The notes below the pieces were generated by a model, which was not told where the DNA came from, made no database searches, and saw nothing but the letters and a program-made list of their open reading frames with translations. The translations under genes were made by a program, and so were the position numbers. A DNA stretch of 32,000 bases from Pseudidiomarina andamanensis (GTDB lineage: Bacteria; Pseudomonadota; Gammaproteobacteria; Enterobacterales; Alteromonadaceae): NCBI RefSeq assembly GCF_009734345.1, contig NZ_CP032551.1, positions 660,001-692,000 of the forward strand, written 5' to 3'. The number at the start of each line of letters is the position of its first letter. The first letter of the stretch is position 1. Positions 28,940 to 32,000 of the stretch are shown piece after piece.

Positions 28940-29941
28940 ATGTTCTCACTCAATACCAAGAAAATCATTTTTGTCGGCGGTAAAGGTGGCGTTGGTAAAA
29001 CGACAATTTCCTCTGCCATCGCCCTGCAACAGGCTGAACTTGGGCGCCAGGTACTACTTATCTCGACCGACCCTGCGCACAGCCTGGCGGATGCGTTTGA
29101 TCACCCTATTGGTGATTCTAAAGTGAGAGTGGCTGCGGGCGTTGATGCACTTGAGATTGACCCAGATCGTGAAGTTGATGCGCATATTGAACGTGTCATG
29201 CGCACCATGAAACGCTTCAGTAAACCAGATATGTTTCCTGAAATTGAACGACAAATGCGTTTAACGCAACAGTCGCCCGGTGCCCAAGAGGCAGCATTAT
29301 TAGAACGTATTGCTCGTATTATTGATGAAGAACCGGAACATTACGACGTAATCATTTTTGATACCGCGCCAACCGGTCATACCCTGCGACTATTAAGTCT
29401 CCCTGAAGCCATGGCCGCTTGGACACAGGGCTTATTGAAACAAAGCCAGAAAGCCAAACAACTCGAAGGCGTGTTGGAACATCTGTCGCCAAAAGCTGGT
29501 AAAGACATTACTAACCCGATGGCCGATCCGACCCAGCATGAAACGGCGACAATGGATGATCGTACGGCAGAAATTACCGAGACGCTATTACGCCGCCAGC
29601 GTTTATTTCATCGTATTCGGCATATATTAACTGACCCAAAGCAAACTGGATTAGTGTTTGTATTAACACCAGAGAAACTACCGATTTTAGAAACAACACG
29701 TGCTGTTGCGGCATTAAAATCAGAACACCTACCAATTGCGGGTTTGGTAGTTAACCGTAATTTACCTGATTTAATTGATAGTGACTTCTTTGCGCAACGC
29801 CGTCAGCAAGAATCGATTTATCGAGAAGAGATTGAAAACACATTTGCCGATTTACCACGTGCCTATTTGCCATTGTTTCCAACCGATTTGCACGGTTTAG
29901 CAGCATTGCAGAAGGTTTGTGCAGAATTACCAAGTGATTAA
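28940..29941 (+). CDS. ArsA/Get3-family P-loop ATPase, single-domain
   Basis: Deviant Walker A GGKGGVGKTT, STDPAHSL, and the ArsA signature DTAPTGHTLRLL. 333 aa, i.e. one ArsA half. A single Cys sits near the C-terminus, and there is no CxxC. Confidence 0.9.
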   Translation: MFSLNTKKIIFVGGKGGVGKTTISSAIALQQAELGRQVLLISTDPAHSLADAFDHPIGDSKVRVAAGVDALEIDPDREVDAHIERVMRTMKRFSKPDMFPEIERQMRLTQQSPGAQEAALLERIARIIDEEPEHYDVIIFDTAPTGHTLRLLSLPEAMAAWTQGLLKQSQKAKQLEGVLEHLSPKAGKDITNPMADPTQHETATMDDRTAEITETLLRRQRLFHRIRHILTDPKQTGLVFVLTPEKLPILETTRAVAALKSEHLPIAGLVVNRNLPDLIDSDFFAQRRQQESIYREEIENTFADLPRAYLPLFPTDLHGLAALQKVCAELPSD

Positions 29942-30528
29942 ATGAGCAAATAGCTGCCGTAGACGACGATGCCGATAGCAAGAAGCCACCACCCTGCTCG
30001 TCGACTTTGCTGCTGCCACCAGTCTAAAACGCGTTCGCCAAACCAATAAACTAGTAACGCGAGGCCGTAATAGCGAATGCCTCGCGCTATCGTCGCAGCT
30101 AACATGAATAATAAAAATGGATATTCTGCGCTACCCGCTGCGAGCATACCCACTTGGAATGGTACTGGGGTAATGCCAACCAGCAATAACGTAGCGAAGC
30201 CATGCTCTTCAAATCGCACTGTGAAGGCCTCAAAGGCATTCTGATAACCCAGCGCAGTCAGCACCCAATCACCGAAATCATCCAGAAACCAAAAGCCAAT
30301 GCTATAACCGATGCTAGCCCCTACCAAACAACCTAGTAACGTTGCTGTGGCAATTGCCCAGAGACGATCTTGCTGATGCAGCAATAACGGTATCAGAATC
30401 AGTTCAAGTGGAATGGGAATGATCAAACTTTCGAGCAAAGAGGCAATAAAAATTAGCGGAAGAATGGCTTTAGAATCAGCAAAACGCGCCAACCAACGGT
30501 CGGCGCGTTTGTTATTCGTAGCTTGCAT
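29938..30528 (-). CDS. YqaA/DedA-type (SNARE-associated domain) membrane protein
   Basis: 196 aa with about 5 hydrophobic helices and a DedA-like pattern (LLESLIIPIPLELILIPLLL, GRFIPGxR-like ARGIRYYG). It starts 5 nt downstream of the M28 peptidase stop. Confidence 0.75.
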   Translation of the reverse strand: MQATNNKRADRWLARFADSKAILPLIFIASLLESLIIPIPLELILIPLLLHQQDRLWAIATATLLGCLVGASIGYSIGFWFLDDFGDWVLTALGYQNAFEAFTVRFEEHGFATLLLVGITPVPFQVGMLAAGSAEYPFLLFMLAATIARGIRYYGLALLVYWFGERVLDWWQQQSRRAGWWLLAIGIVVYGSYLLI

Positions 30529-30533
30529 GAATG

Positions 30534-31910
30534 TTATTCACCAAATGCGCCTGCAGCGCCTGGGTAAACAACCGGGCTTTCAAAATCTTTGTCGCTGACA
30601 CTGGCAACACCAAAGAAATAATTATCAATCACGATGTTTTCGAGGGTGTATTCGGTCACGTTACCGACGTAGCGGCTAAATTCCCAGTTTGGTGCATCCG
30701 TGTGGCGCCAATAGATGCGGTACCCTTTCACATGCTCTTTTTCAGCTTCTGAAGGCGCAGCCCAACTTAACGTTGTGCTTGGACTTACTGCTCCAGCAAT
30801 TTTAACTTCCGCTGGTGGGCTCGGCGCCCATGCCATGCTAGCTAAAGATACCGCATTCAAAGCGGTTAACTTAGCTGCGTAATCAAAATCAACACCATCA
30901 ATGGTATCACCATAGGCAATGCCATTTTCAACCCGTAAATCTTGGTGCTGACGGTTGTAGTTTTCGTTGGTTTCCATAATGCGTACACCTGGGAAACCAA
31001 GGTCGTTAAACGGGCGATGATGCCCACCACGAGCGAAACGATCTAAACGATAAATGACCATCGTATCGAGATTAGGAATATAGCGATCAGCCATCCAATC
31101 GATATAGCGCGCCACATTACGACTCGGGGAATCAACCTCTCCTCCGGTGAAACGACGGCGACGAATATCTTCGGGTGTTTCATCTTGACGTGTGCCTTCC
31201 GCAAAAATACGCGCGGTGGTGTTATTAATTACACCATTGATACCTTCGATATTACCAATCATATCGTTGTTCAAAACGGCCTTAATACGCCAGCCATCTT
31301 TCTGGGCTTGTTCGGCCATGATCTTACCGCCAAAAAGCCCTTGCTCTTCACCAGCTAACGCCGCATAAACAATGCTTCCCGCAAATTTATATTTGCTCAA
31401 TACGCGTGCCGCCTCAAGCGTGCCCGCAACACCTGACGCATTATCATTTGCTCCCGGCGCATCTGAGGTATAATCCATGACATCACTTACGCGCGAATCA
31501 ATATCACCTGACATAATCACATAACGCGATGGGTCGACCGTCCCTTTCTGAACAGCAATGACGCTCACAACCTCAACCGGATCAGGAATACGCGGCTCGC
31601 CAGAAATAACCCGTGATTGATAGTAAACCTCGAGACAACCACCACACTCCGCTGAAATTTTATCAAACTCAGCTTTAATCCAACGACGAGCGGCGCCAAT
31701 ACCACGCGTATCTGACTCGGTTTCTGATAACGTATGGCGCGTACCAAAACTAACCAGCTTTTCAATATCGGTTTGAATGCGGTCGGCTGAGACAGCTTGT
31801 TGGATGGCATGCAGTTGCGGCTGATCGGTGTATTCGACATCAGCATATGCGCTGATAGCAAAAACACCAGCAGCGACAGACGACAATAGCGCCCACGGTT
31901 TAAGTTTCAT
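30534..31910 (-). CDS. Secreted M28-family aminopeptidase with C-terminal fibronectin-III-like domain
   Basis: Signal peptide MKLKPWALLSSVAAGVFAISAYA. M28 metal-ligand contexts (GANDNASGVAG, AGEEQGLFGG, NNDMIG). C-terminal FN3-like segment (PPAEVKI...LSWAAPSEAEKEHVKGYRIYWR). Confidence 0.9.
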   Translation of the reverse strand: MKLKPWALLSSVAAGVFAISAYADVEYTDQPQLHAIQQAVSADRIQTDIEKLVSFGTRHTLSETESDTRGIGAARRWIKAEFDKISAECGGCLEVYYQSRVISGEPRIPDPVEVVSVIAVQKGTVDPSRYVIMSGDIDSRVSDVMDYTSDAPGANDNASGVAGTLEAARVLSKYKFAGSIVYAALAGEEQGLFGGKIMAEQAQKDGWRIKAVLNNDMIGNIEGINGVINNTTARIFAEGTRQDETPEDIRRRRFTGGEVDSPSRNVARYIDWMADRYIPNLDTMVIYRLDRFARGGHHRPFNDLGFPGVRIMETNENYNRQHQDLRVENGIAYGDTIDGVDFDYAAKLTALNAVSLASMAWAPSPPAEVKIAGAVSPSTTLSWAAPSEAEKEHVKGYRIYWRHTDAPNWEFSRYVGNVTEYTLENIVIDNYFFGVASVSDKDFESPVVYPGAAGAFGE

Positions 31911-31986
31911 GGCGACTTCCTCTAGTTGGTCTGTTTAGAATAACGTACTATACCTTTATACGTTATGCACAAAAGAGGACGCAACC

Positions 31987-32000
31987 ATGAAAGCAGTTGG
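31987..32000 (+). CDS. Possible 5' end of a plus-strand CDS truncated by the window edge
   Basis: The ATG at 31987 (MKAV...) is preceded by AGAGGA with a 7-nt spacer. Only 4 codons are visible, so no product call is possible. Confidence 0.25.

Noticed and set aside
18397-32000. Classical tRNA-integrated genomic island or prophage to the right of tRNA-Pro
   Set aside because: There is no integrase, recombinase, phage or conjugation gene, and I could not spot a direct repeat of the tRNA 3' end anywhere in the remaining sequence. Only the synteny break is retained as an observation.

Overview
Chromosomal window from a gammaproteobacterium. By eye the proteins look Alteromonadales/Vibrionales-like, and I cannot place it more precisely. 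Positions 1-18.4 kb hold tightly packed core genes. Their order mirrors two E. coli K-12 blocks recalled from memory. The first block is cspD-clpS-clpA-infA-aat-trxB-lrp-ftsK-lolA-rarA-serS, here inverted, with ald and crcB inserted and cydDC/serW absent. The second is yejK-yejL-yejM-proL. At the left edge sits yccA followed by a consolidated tusD-tusC-tusB-tusE cluster. Core synteny ends at tRNA-Pro(GGG) (18320-18396). Positions 18.4-32 kb look accessory and contain: a periplasmic-sensor PAS-GGDEF diguanylate cyclase; an overlapping pair made of a polytopic membrane protein and a membrane-anchored P-loop GTPase of unknown function; a small exported protein; an ECF sigma / zinc-type anti-sigma / YbjQ operon joined by ATGA overlaps; an ABC exporter; a CstA-family transporter followed by a 90-aa protein ending in Cys-Cys and a single-domain ArsA/Get3-like ATPase; and an M28 peptidase-YqaA-like operon. 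I found no rRNA, CRISPR array, transposase, integrase or recognisable defence genes. The best candidates for an undescribed system are the membrane protein + GTPase pair (20400-23101), the CstA-like/CC-tail/ArsA-like module (26913-29941) and the sigma/anti-sigma/YbjQ operon (23592-24870). All family assignments rest on by-eye motif and alignment recall, not database searches.
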